Source: Trichosphaerium sp. ATCC 40318
Lineage: Eukaryota > Protista > Tubulinea
Assembly (NCBI GenBank): GCA_038496445.1
Contig: JALMLS010000589.1
Location: 124,001-188,000 of the forward strand
Length of the DNA: 64,000 bases
Reading direction: 5' to 3'
This document shows positions 37,301 through 48,921 of the stretch, one piece after another; the stretch's first letter is position 1, and every line of letters starts with the position of its first letter. The translations under genes and the position numbers were made by a program. Below the pieces are notes generated by a model. It saw only the letters and a list, made by a program, of their open reading frames with translations. It was not told where the DNA came from and did no database searches.

Positions 37301-38948
37301 TAGCTTCATTCATAGTATTAACAATAGCCAAGAAAGCAGTAGCTTCTTCTGCATCCCAAGGATTTGGAAAATGGCCTTTCTCTTCAGCAAACTTATGCAA
37401 CGCTTGGAAACCAAGATGAAGCTGTGCTGGAGCGGCAAATTTAGCGAGATCCACGAGCTCTACATCAGGTGCTTCTTGTGCTTCTTTAAGACTTTTCTAA
37501 AAGTAGAAGGTAAGTACAAAGAACGGTAGCAAAGTACTTCAACCAAAAAAAGAAAGGCGTTTAATAACTTACGTATGTAACTTTAACACCTTGCTTTACT
37601 TGCGTGGATATACCTCCATGTGTATACTCATCGAAAGATGAAGTGTCACATTTAATCTCGAAATTAAAACCGTCAATAACCTAATTATAATTATAAGAAT
37701 TAATACAAGCTTGCTTATTGTGTTTTGGCGTAAATGTACACCGCGGAATAGAATAATAATTGCATGGAAAGCATACCTTAATTTCGTATTGATTGCCATT
37801 TAATTGTGTCATGCCTCCAACTTCACTATAGATAAATGAGCTAGTAAGACAAAAGAAAGAAATATTGGAAAGTTTTTTTCCCATTGAGTTTAAACAACAA
37901 GCCTGGTTTTTCTGCTCTTGTCAGTGATGACATACGTGAACTTAACAATATGTCCATCTTCTAGGCCATGTCTGTTCTTATCAACACAAGTCACAACAGC
38001 AGGATTCGCCTAAATCAACATTTTTAGCGAAAAAAAGATAAAAAGTGACTTTAAACGACCACAAGAAGCTTTCTTCTTGTTCCAATACCTTTGTAATATT
38101 TTTAAGCATAACCTCTGTTGGTTCCTCTCCATTTGTGTCATTTATAACAAAATCCTCGCCAAAATCAACAAAAATTTTTCCAAAAACACCTCTGATTTCA
38201 GAACCAATAAAGCATACACCATTAGCGTGACAGTACTCATTGACACGTAATTGTAATGCCAATGGAGCGTTAACAAGTATGACGCACTAAATAGGAGTAT
38301 TAGGACACCAGTAACCGCGTTGAAACTACTTTATGATCGAAATGGTGTTTTTTTTGAAAAAAACTTATTTTTGTTTTCCTTGCACTGAAAAGCCCTAAAC
38401 GGTCTCGGGGTAGCGGTTGTACCTTGAACTGCTTAAAGAAATCAAGTGGGACGGTATCTAGCTGTTCTGTGTTGGTTTCAACTGGTACATAAGGATTAAG
38501 CTCATCAAGTTTGCTTGCACAAGCTTCTGCTCTAGTTTTAACGCGTTAGGATGCGTTTTTAGAAAAATTTAAAGCTAAACGAACCTATTTTTGCCGATAT
38601 CGTCTGTACCGACGAAAAACTGTGTTGATAAATCGTCCCATGTAACTTTAGCGTCATCATGAAGCGTTAACGATTTTATTCCAGCCAACACAATATTTTT
38701 AGCTAAAGCGTTTGTTCATTAGTACGGCAGTGTATCTATGCTAGAGTACCTATTTCTACACCTAAACCGTTTAGGCCAGATAAAAATACAGAAGACTGTG
38801 CCATCTTCTTCATAGCTTGCTCTCCGAGCACATACAACTGCCGGCTGTATAGATTTTCGTCAATACGCTCCTGTGTCATCCTGTGATGTGTCAGAGTGTT
38901 TCGAGGTGGTGTGGTGTCGTACTTTTGCCGTTTTCTCGCTGGTTCCAT
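34325..38948 (-). CDS. UBA6: ubiquitin-activating enzyme E1, UBA6-like (about 20 introns)
   Basis: [14 protein letters not shown]; [12 protein letters not shown]; [17 protein letters not shown]; [10 protein letters not shown]; catalytic PFCTLKSFP...[11 protein letters not shown] (Cys codon 36191-36193); [13 protein letters not shown]; UFD tail GPVVRYW. All junctions resolve as in-frame GT-AG. Confidence 0.9.
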
Positions 38949-39239
38949 GGTTTCTTAACAAGTTAAGTAAGACAGCCGCAAGCTGGATGTTAGGTGCGCT
39001 GTGCCGAGTATGTCTGTTCTCTGGGGTGCTGAAACAAGAAATTTAACGATAAAAACAATAAAATGTCTACCTCACCTCTAAATTCGCGTGGGTTTCAGAA
39101 AATGCAGCAATTTGTCGATAGTCGTGGTTTTTTTGACACGAGGAACTTGGTGACAGTTGCTGTAAGCGAGAAAATTTTTTCGTACTGATTACTCATCAGA
39201 CTTAACTGCACTCTCAATTGAGAAAAACACGCTCTTGTG

Positions 39240-42044
39240 ATGGCCCAAGCTAATCAACCCAATGGCGGAGGCTCACCACTTATATTTCGCATACTTTTGA
39301 TGGCAGCTGCGTACTATTTCTTCTTTGGCAACCCATTTCGGTCTAGAACGCCACCAGACCCAACGAAGGCTCACTCAATGTACACAAATCCAAATAGTAA
39401 ATTTGTACGTGCCACGTAGGATAAACTTGTCATCACTCGCGTTGAATGTCACCACAGTGCCATAAATTCTTACATGCGTAGGATTTGCGCGTATACTTGT
39501 CAGACAGCGATTCAAGAATTAAGGATTTTAACAACGATGAATCCCTTGTGTGGGAAGAAAAACGCATGCATTTCAATGATTGGAATGAGAAAAGGGTGAA
39601 ATCCTTTTCGTTTCCAACAACAGAGGTATTTAACCCGCGAACCGCTACAAAACAAGCGCTGTAAGCCTAATATTAATTTTAAATAGGCAATACAAAACAA
39701 TGGGACTTTATACGCTCATATCTTCCTCTACCCTGCCGGAGCAACCCCAAATCCTAAAGAAAAAAACTACAAACGCGTCAGCACCTTTTATCGCGTTTAT
39801 CGTACGACAAGTCGTCCTACAATTTCACTTTTTTTTTCATTTTATTTTTCTTCTTTTCTCAGTTTTTCACAAAAACAAACAAAAAAAAGGCGTAACAGCT
39901 AACCCTTGCGTAGAACTTACAAAATTCCTTACAATTCGTGCTCATGGACATAAAAAGCATCTTATGTCTGGTGAACTAGACGCAAAATACGTTGAGCAAA
40001 GGGTACGTTCGGAGTAAATGTTTAAAAGTAAAAGTTAATCGCACGTGATGTGAAAAGCTTTATTAAAAAACTTTATGTAGGAGAATAACATCACTGAAGA
40101 CATCATATCTTCTCATTGGCAAAGTAACCTTACTATTAGTTTCGTTGTTGATTACACAACTTATAGTCAAGGAACAATACCTAAGCCTATTCTTCCTTGT
40201 ATCCTTTTTTTTCATCAAACTTTTTTTCTATTTAAAGGTTCACCGCCTTGTTTGTTGCACCTTGACTTTCCATTGATTTCCACTTTGTAAACCAACCTGT
40301 GCGTCAGCCTAGTGTTTGCAACAAAGAGTATCCACCTGCAATGGAACCAGCAGGTCCTTACTTGCCAATCGTTTACTGTAACGACTTTTGGATAATGAAA
40401 GAAAACTTGATGCCGATCAACAAAACAGTACGGGATTTTCGCTTTTTTGAAGGTTTACAAGCGTCATTATTAACAAAATACTATCTAGGTTAAAGAGTTG
40501 ACACTACACCTCAAGTATGAGCCTATTTCATTATTCCAGTGGAGTATGATGGTACAAATGGAGAGTTCGCTCAACATGCAAAAGAATATGTTAGGTGCAG
40601 AAGAAGGAGAAATTGATGATTTTAAGGCATGCTACGTTGCTCTTTAGTTTCTAAAATTCTACCTACATCTCAATGAGATGTGCTTTTAATTCGTTTAATA
40701 ACTCGTGTGTAGCGTATTCTTCTTGATAATGATCCTTGGCTTCTTGTATTGACATTTGTTGTTTCAATTTTACATATGATATTCGATTTTCTTGCGTTCA
40801 AGAATGGTACGTTTATTATATTCCTTGTGGCTTTTCTTTGTTATCACTTGAAGGAAGTGTTGTGTGTTTACTCATCCTCATGTATTATGCTTTAGATATC
40901 AAATTTTGGAATACAAGAAAGTCTATGGAAGGTCTTTCTGTTAGAACTATTTTTTTGAATCTATTTTGTCAAGTTGTCATCTTCCTCTATTTACTTGATA
41001 ATGATACATCTTGGATGATCTGCATTTCTGCTGGTATTGGGTTACTCATTGAGGGATGGAAAATCACAAAAGTATCAGATGTCAGCGTATGTCACGTTCT
41101 TAAAATATTCTTTTTCAAAAACCGCACTAAAATTACACATCAAAAAAAAAGAATATTGTGTTCAGTATCAGCGGGGTGTAGATTGTGTCTTTAAATTATG
41201 GCTTTGTATTCGTTGCTTGTACTAACAAATTACTTAGATCACATGGTCTGGTGGTATCCCAAAGCTTAATATTAAAGACAGGGCAACATACGCTTCTAAA
41301 ACAAAAGAATTTGATAAACAAGCAATGACATACCTCTCTTACGCATTGTTTCCACTCGTTTTTGGTTACGCTATATACTCACTATACAATGATGTATACA
41401 AGAGTTGGTACGGTATTTTTATCTAACAACCAATCGCTGAACATTGAATTGAATTGAAACAAACTATTTGGCTGTTGATTTTTTGTTATTGTTTTTTAAA
41501 CTTTTTCCTTTAGGTACAGTTGGGTTATTGGTAGTCTCGCTGGTGCTGTATATACTTTTGGATTTATCATGATGACACCACAGCTGTTTATTAAGTACGT
41601 ACATCCTAGTAAAGCTTCGTTTTTTCTCCTTCTTGGGCACTCACAATGACTTGCTAGCTACAAACTCAAGTCTGTCGCTCATCTACCTTGGCGTGTATTT
41701 GTATACAAAGCAATCAATACATTCATTGATGATTTGTTTGCTTTCATTATCCGCATGCCAACAGTACATCGCGTAGCTTGCTTCCGTGATGGTACGTTTC
41801 TCAAACATGCTTATATAATAGCAACCAATTCCTTCTAACACATTATCAAGATTTGGTATTCTTCGTTTACTTGTATCAAAGATGGGTTTACCCTGTTGAT
41901 CTCACAAGAGTTAACGAGTATGGTCAATCAGGAGAAGATCATGTCAACCCTGATTCAAAAGGTGAAGCACCGGCATCAGGAAATGATGATGGCGCAGGAA
42001 AGGAGTCACCAACAGTTGGTGAAGGAAGACCAAAGGAAGAGTGA
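39240..42044 (+). CDS. CLPTM1: CLPTM1-family multipass ER membrane protein (lipid scramblase family)
   Basis: HWQSNLTI, YLPIVYCNDFW, FDFLAFKNDIKFW..RKSMEGLSVR, GFIMMTPQLFINYKLKSVAHLPW, KAINTFIDDLFAFIIRMP, YLYQRWVYPVD..RVNEYG. Confidence 0.95.
40199..40275 (+). other. candidate U12-type (minor spliceosome) intron with a non-canonical GT-TG end
   Basis: Donor GTATCCTTT at 40199; branch CCTTGAC at 40260-40266; an acceptor after ..CATTG (40275) restores the frame (PKPILPYFHFVNQP). Confidence 0.65.
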
Positions 42045-42433
42045 TTTATTAATCAATCAACTTTGTTGACAAAAAAAAAAAGTGTTATCGTACGCTTTAA
42101 TCAAAATAAAATCAAGCATGAGTGATACACGGCACGTGTAAACCTCTATGCAATGTGTTTATACCCAAGCTTTAATCATGTTCTATCTAGCACTCGCTTA
42201 TTTTCTAGTGTATTGAAACTTTCTTGCTATTTCTTGCAGTAAAACACTTTTCGTGCCACGTGGATCTTATTACCAATAGCGATACTAACCTACTTTATAT
42301 TTAATATATATCAGTTCACAAAGGCGGATTGTTGACAAGGACGACTAATAGAACAACAGGACGTTTCTGTGAAGGTATCACTTTTATTAATGCTTTAGTT
42401 ACATTCAAGCTAAGAGCAATCATAGCCCCTTTA

Positions 42434-43153
42434 CTAAATATATTTAATAGGCTTTCTCAGGTTGACAGATTGCCACAAACAATTCAACATAGTCTTGCAG
42501 TTGGGTTCAGTAAAGGTACCAGGACTGTGAACCCCGTTGCTTGCTAAGCTGTCTCGCAGACCCTTTGACGTATGCGTCCACAATTTAGATAATGCGTATA
42601 CAATATCAGTTGATTTGCCACAAGAAATGTGGTAACCCTCGCCTCGATCGTTCTCGAGCCAATACAATCCGATCAAGTTAGTTTCAGCCAAGGCACCAGT
42701 ATTTATAACCCCGGTAACATCGTAACGCTTCACATCTTTCAAATTTGTGCCTGATAAGCTAGCATTGTGCATTAGATAAAGAGCTTCCCTGGCGTTGTGC
42801 TTTGCTTTCAAAGCGTCTAACTGCAATACGAGGGAGTATGGAAGACACGAACTGCGTCTATGGTCTATTTTGGAGTCTGCTATCATGTGTATACACATGT
42901 TCGTCAAACTGCGAATCTTTTTCGAAGAAGTCTTGTTGTTGGTGGTTTTTTGCTTCTTTAAAGGAGGTTCATTATCGCCTTCTTCATCACATGTCTGTTC
43001 CTCGGATACATTCTCGTACGTGAACGTATTTATTTCGCAATTAATGTACTTTATGGCGGCTTGAATAATTTGGAGCATTAAATACGCGAAACCGGTGTAC
43101 GAAGATACGTGACAATCATGTGTTGTGCCTACAACTTCCCAATAGTAACCCAT
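42434..43153 (-). CDS. intronless 239-aa hypothetical protein with NLS-like PPLKKQK
   Basis: Uninterrupted ATG-initiated ORF divergent from the tRNA; no family recognised. Confidence 0.55.
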   Translation of the reverse strand: MGYYWEVVGTTHDCHVSSYTGFAYLMLQIIQAAIKYINCEINTFTYENVSEEQTCDEEGDNEPPLKKQKTTNNKTSSKKIRSLTNMCIHMIADSKIDHRRSSCLPYSLVLQLDALKAKHNAREALYLMHNASLSGTNLKDVKRYDVTGVINTGALAETNLIGLYWLENDRGEGYHISCGKSTDIVYALSKLWTHTSKGLRDSLASNGVHSPGTFTEPNCKTMLNCLWQSVNLRKPIKYI

Positions 43154-43285
43154 GAGAAGTGATGCGATATTGATGATAATAATAAAATCTATTGGTTTGC
43201 GTCAATCAACTAAAGGTCAGAGGCTTGATTGATATTCGAATTTTACAAACTGGTAGGCCCAATTTCGCCTAGTTTCACAACCAGT

Positions 43286-43359
43286 GCTCGGGTGGCTCAG
43301 TTGGTTAGAGCGTCAGTCTCATAATCTGAAGGTCGTGGGTTCGACCCCCACCCTGAGCA
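43286..43359 (+). tRNA. tRNA-Met(CAT), identical second copy
   Basis: Identical to 26185..26258, sharing flanks cacaaccagt and tgtaacctttt. Confidence 0.97.
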
Positions 43360-43601
43360 TGTAACCTTTTTTGTATTTTGCCTTGTAACATGCGTTGTTT
43401 TTATGTCGGTTGTGCTTCTTTTTGTTTTGGATTATGACCTACATTTGAGCTTTACACTTCTGTTTCCTTGTAACCATGTACGTTGCTTGTGGCATTTTCC
43501 GATAAAATTTGCTTGCAAAAGTTTGTGGTATTACCTGAACCCCAAAAATCTTAAACATTATTTCAAATCATCTTAGCAACGAAACGTATAATAGCGTTAA
43601 C

Positions 43602-44261
43602 ATGTCGGCGCTTATATTGTTACCAGTGGAGCTACAGTATGCGCTTTACATGTACGATGCACAACTATACAAAAAATGGCCTGCGCTTTGCTATCAAACG
43701 TCAGTAACATCACGGTTTAACTCTTTTCAAGAAAAAGAGGGCGTTTGGCGAAAAACGTTAAAAACGGGTAAACTGGTTCAAACAACCTTTAAAAACGATG
43801 AACGGGATGGAAAACATACAGAGAGCATTAATGGACGCTTAATATTTAGTGCCGAGTACAAGGAGGGCAAACTTGACGGAATAACCGAAAATTGGAATAA
43901 AAACGGAATTCTAATCAAACGATTGAGGTACTATAAGGGAGAGCTTGATGGTGAGCAGACTACATGGAACGACAAAGGAGAGCTTGAAGAACGTAAGAAC
44001 TACAGTAACGGCACGTTACACGGCACTTGGGAGGTATGGAAGAACGGGAAAAGACTGTTTGAAAAAACTTTTAAAAACGGGAGGATTCATGGACCTTTCA
44101 AGTGTTATTATGATGGTAAGCTTTTAAAAAAGGGAAACAAGATTAAAGGGAAACTACATGGTGCTTATAGAGAATGGGATACCGATGGAAACTTGATAGG
44201 ATTCTGTCAGTTCAACAAAGGATTAGTCTCGAATGAAAAGAGATCCCTTGATGTTTTTTGA
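43602..44261 (+). CDS. intronless MORN2 (YwqK-like) repeat protein with F-box-like N-terminus
   Basis: LILLPVELQYALY N-terminus; repeats YKEGKLDGITENWNKNG, YYKGELDGEQTTW, GKLHGAYREWDTDG. Confidence 0.85.
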   Translation: MSALILLPVELQYALYMYDAQLYKKWPALCYQTSVTSRFNSFQEKEGVWRKTLKTGKLVQTTFKNDERDGKHTESINGRLIFSAEYKEGKLDGITENWNKNGILIKRLRYYKGELDGEQTTWNDKGELEERKNYSNGTLHGTWEVWKNGKRLFEKTFKNGRIHGPFKCYYDGKLLKKGNKIKGKLHGAYREWDTDGNLIGFCQFNKGLVSNEKRSLDVF

Positions 44262-44512
44262 TTGAACAAAAAAAGCTTGTAAATAGTACTACTTACTTGT
44301 TTATACTCCAACGTTAATGTGTTTCTTATATCAACTCAGGTTTTTCGTCTTGTTATTATCTGCACTATCGGATACGAATCCATAGTACACTCTGAATGCT
44401 ATGCGTATGTTTTACATGAATCAACGCTTAAAATATGTTTGAATTGTTAGAGCTCTTGAGCGATTTTGGTACACAGCCAAATGGGCTCCATTGCTTATAG
44501 CTGAACTTACTC

Positions 44513-44708
44513 GTTCTGGTTGTTTACCAATATTTTCAATTGTAAGCTTGACTGTTATTGTATCGCCTTTGTGAACATGTGTCTAGTCACAACTCAACTC
44601 TGCAATGATGGTTTGATGTTGAAACGAAACCAAATCTTGCCATGTCATGCTGTTTCTCACGATAATACTCAAAAGTATCTCAACAGATAACGAAAATACG
44701 TGAGTCAT
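44513..44708 (-). pseudogene. truncated, internally deleted copy of F-box family A gene 48922..49770
   Basis: Near-identical DNA to 49365-49461 and 49669-49770, joined across a deletion of about 210 nt; premature stop. Confidence 0.9.
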
Positions 44709-44799
44709 GTACACGAAAACAACTTTGTCGTATTTGTTGGCAGCCACACTACAGCTAAAAAAATTCCATTTGACAAAATTTGTACTTGCAACCAAGTAC

Positions 44800-44920
44800 A
44801 GGCATACATCTTTAAAGTTTAGTCAAAAGTCTAGTATAGTGTAAGCGCCACATAATGCTTTAATACCCTCAGATGTAATTCCAAAACAATCAATAAGGTA
44901 GATAGTATGTACACCTGACT
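44800..44920 (-). pseudogene. LRR remnant
   Basis: Translates SGVHTIYLIDCFGITSEGIKALCGAYTI, the same unit as 52461..53567. Confidence 0.7.
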
Positions 44921-45235
44921 TCCGACCAATGGTTGAACTCTTTTTGTATCAATCAGTAGTAACTCATGAGGGTAATCTCTACGCTATCACTATATCTCTC
45001 AAGTGGGTTTGCACTACTTTTCGCGAAATTGATTAGAGCCACGATTGACTTAATAACACTGTTTTATGCGAAACTGTAAATGCGTTCGGTTGTATCAGTT
45101 TACTCTTCAGTGAACTAAAAACCGACCCACAGCAGAAAACATTCTATCATTTGCTAAAGCCACATCTCAAACAAGACATTAATCCACGTGTCATTTCAAG
45201 CCAATAGTAAAGCGCTACGTGGCCACGACCACATA

Positions 45236-46551
45236 ATGAGTTCTCCTTCTCACCAGGTAATAGGAGCCAACAAAGTGTTGCTTTCTAATAACAACTTAAG
45301 GTTTCCGAAACATTGAAGCACTGCTACCTACTAAACAGCCTTCCCTCTGAGATTAAACTAGATATCATTGATTTAGACCCTGAAGTGTATTTAAAGTGGC
45401 CTATCTTATCAAAACATACAGCGCTGACAACAAGATTCGATGATGACATGAAGAGACATGGTAAGTGGCGGAAGTATAGAGTGATTACAAAAAAAGAAAT
45501 CAATGTAATGGTAACCAAAACCCTGCTCATAAAACAGCAATATTGGAAGCACGGTGAAAAAGAAGGAGAATGCAAGAGGTGGCATTTTAACGGACAATTA
45601 CACGAGAAGTATTACTTTGTCAATGGGAATAAAGAAGGAGAGTTCAAGAGCTGGACCAGAAAAGGTCAAATAATGGAACAGTACTATTTAGTAAATGGTA
45701 AACGAACAGGAGAATGTAAATCTTGGCATGATAATGGTCAATTAGAGGATCTTTGCTATTACACAGATGACAAGCTTGATGGAGAAAACACTTATTGGTC
45801 TAGAAATGGCCAAGTAACCTTGAGATGTAACTATTTAAATGACGAATTTGAAGGACAGTACAAAGCTTGGTATGAAAATGGCCAATTGAAGCAGCAGTTG
45901 TTTTATGTTAATGGTAAAAGAGAAGGAGATTACTTAAGTTGGCATAAAAATGGGGTCCTGTGGGAGAAATTTGTGTTTGTGGGTGATAAAGAAGAAGGCA
46001 CTGGTACTGAGTGGTATGAAAATGGGCAGATAAGACGACAGTGCTATTACGCTAATGGTAAAAGAGAAGGAGAGTTTAAAGGTTGGTACGATAGTGGCGA
46101 ATTAGAGCATTGCCTTTACTATGTAAATGGTAAACTTGAAGGAGATTATAAGCGTTGGTACAAGAATGGACAATTGTCAGAGCTACATCACTACATCAAT
46201 GGTAAACGAGAAGGAGAAATGAAGAATTGGTTTGCCAATGGGCAACTAAGCGTGCAATGTTTCTACAAGAATGGCAACAATGTAGGTGAGTTCAAGTGTT
46301 GGCTCAACAATGGACAGTTGTCAGAGCTACATTATCACGTGGATGGTAAAATAGACGGAGAGATGAAGAAATGGCACGAAAATGGGCAAATACGCTTGCA
46401 ATGCTATCACAAGAATGGTGTACCTGAAGGAGAGTGCAAGGAATGGTATGAGAATGGCCAAATGTGCGAGCATGTTGTTTATGTCAGTGGTACTATTGTT
46501 AAACAATCACACTGGGATATGGATGGTAATTTGTTGGAATCAACGCCTTAA
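45236..46551 (+). CDS. MORN2 repeat protein with F-box-like N-terminus
   Basis: ATG 45236 plus a 44-nt GT-AG intron (45257-45300) joins in frame to ORF 45313..46551; LLNSLPSEIKLDII; about 13 repeats of the type YxNGKREGExKxWYxNGQ. Confidence 0.9.
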
Positions 46552-46944
46552 AGAACAAAAACAAAGTAGCACTTCTTTCCTCTATTGGGTATAACATTCA
46601 GAGAGAAGCAAGCCAGCTGTAGTTAATAAATAAACAGATTTGATAAGTATGGTACAATGATATATCAACACGAATAAGATAAGGCAAACACGCTTAATGA
46701 AACGGGCGTTTGGAGATGCTACGCAGATACAAAACTAAGTTTTCTTTCATGTGGCAGCTTTCCTAAAAACGTCAGAAGCTAGCGGATCGTATCTCCTTAT
46801 TAAAATAGAAGTCACGTGCTTTGACGAGACGTACCCTTTGTGGAAATTTTGGCGAGAAAAACAAATCACAATTGACTTTGTAGTTATTCTTTTTTTGTGC
46901 TGATTGCTCGCTGACACGTGTTCTTTATATTTACCTTGTATTTG

Positions 46945-48429
46945 ATGGCTTGTGATACGTTTTGGCCTTTGCACCTTGAATGTAGCGGAAGAGGAAGCTG
47001 CGTTAATGCTACATGCGTATGCAATCCAGGGTACGCGTAAATTAGAATTGTAATAAACAACAAGCGGAAATAGCTTTATTATTGTTAAAATCGCCTAGAT
47101 GGTCTGGTGACGGTATAATGATGAGGTTAATAGACGATCAAGGACGTGATTTGGCTTGTTACTCAAATAAATACGCTGTGCTCGTAGTATACATTTTAGC
47201 GCTTCTGACTGGCACAGTGACGCTGATTTTATCATTATGGAAGCTGTTATCAGTTATAAAGAAGTTTCAATGGGTGGATATTTATAACATTGATAAGGAC
47301 CTTTGCGTTTATATTTTTATCATTTTAAACAGCGTAGGTACAAACCGACTACCTTCCCGAAACCACGTTTTTTTCAGTTTTTTTTTTTGATTCTTCGGGT
47401 GATCACGTGTTTTCACCAAGTTTCATTATTATAACATACACTACGTAAATCACGAAGTATGGACTTCGATTGGTTTCATTAAGCCTGCAAATAATATCAT
47501 TCTTCTTTTCCTCGTTTTTTACTTTCCGAAAGATTCGTGTCATCTCTGAACTTAATGTGTTTGTTTGTAGGAGGTATTGGTATGGCAGGAATCATTGTTG
47601 GTGGTTTTAAGCTTACAACAAATATAACATTATTAATCCTAGCAATATTGGTTACTCTTGCTAATAATGCAATAGTGACTATAATGTCTTTGCGACTCAC
47701 AAGGTAATTGTAAACAAAAAACAGAAATAGACACTCACTGCTATTACGTGTTTTGTGTTAATTTTTGCACCTCATAAATTGTTAATATTAACTTGTTCTT
47801 TATCACGTGATTACTAATATTTTTGGCAAATAGAGTCATTGAAAGAGGACCTCATGTTTCTAATTTTAGTAATACAATGATTTGGATTAAAATAACGCAG
47901 TACATCAGCAGTTTTCTATTTATTGTTGGTATTTGGTGTATTCCATTATTAGCTTTCTTTTCAGATGGATCATCATTCAGGTGTACGTCATAACATTGAT
48001 CAACGTTATTTCTTGTTTTGGAATTCATCTTTACTTCTCCTTTGTTGATGTACTTCTTTAGTTCGTTTGCTCTATGCTACTATTATACTGTTCTTTGTTG
48101 CATTTTTGCCACAGACTACCCTATATCTTGTGTTTATAACAAGGATACTTCATGGATTAGATAAAGGAATAGCTATGTCTGGAAATGAAGAATTTATCAA
48201 GCCAACTGTTAGGAGATTGAAAGAATTAAGGTTATCTCTTACTATACCATCACTAGTTATCTTGTCTCTTGGATTCACTACTTTTTTCTTTATTGCTTTA
48301 ATGGATTATACAATATTCATTGCTTTCATTGCACATAATGCTGGTATGATAAGAATCATATGGACTGTACTTAAAGAAAAGAATAATATTTCATCCAAAG
48401 AACTCACACCTGATGGCGCTGTGCAATAA
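46945..48429 (+). CDS. EGF-like domain followed by a multipass (about 7 TM) membrane domain, receptor-like
   Basis: ECSGRGSCVNATCVCNPGWSGDG, then several long hydrophobic segments over several exons. Confidence 0.7.
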
Positions 48430-48921
48430 AATCTGTGAAGCACTTATTTATTTTACCTTTTTTGAAATAACTTGTATTCTCCATTGAGTAGCAGACTCAT
48501 AGCGTGGCGTTTATGGACAATTTGAATATTGAACAAAATCAAAGGAATATTGCCCATGGGGTACAAATGTTATGTTGTACGCTTCCCCTTTCACAATACC
48601 TTTCTGTTATGTTGAAGGATGTAACTATGTGATTTTGCGCTCGTGAGGTTGTGTCACAAACCTACAAATAAATCATTTGTAATGGAGTTTCAGGTTTAGC
48701 ACAAAATACTTCCAAAGTAAATGTTGGGTACGACCTTGGAAGTTGTGTTTCAAACTATCACGTGATCAGAAATCATGACACATAACAAAACCAACCAATA
48801 GCGAGACTGGTTATCATACAGTAATAATACTAGCTACAGAGGTTTATCAAGTAAAGCATTCTATACCTCTTAAGGGTGTCCTTAAACAGTTTCTATAAAG
48901 CAGCATAGCCTAAATATTTGT

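Noticed and set aside
43602-46551. Bacterial YwqK antitoxin / toxin-antitoxin locus
   Set aside because: Only the generic MORN2 repeat is shared; no toxin partner; eukaryotic context with F-box-like N-termini.
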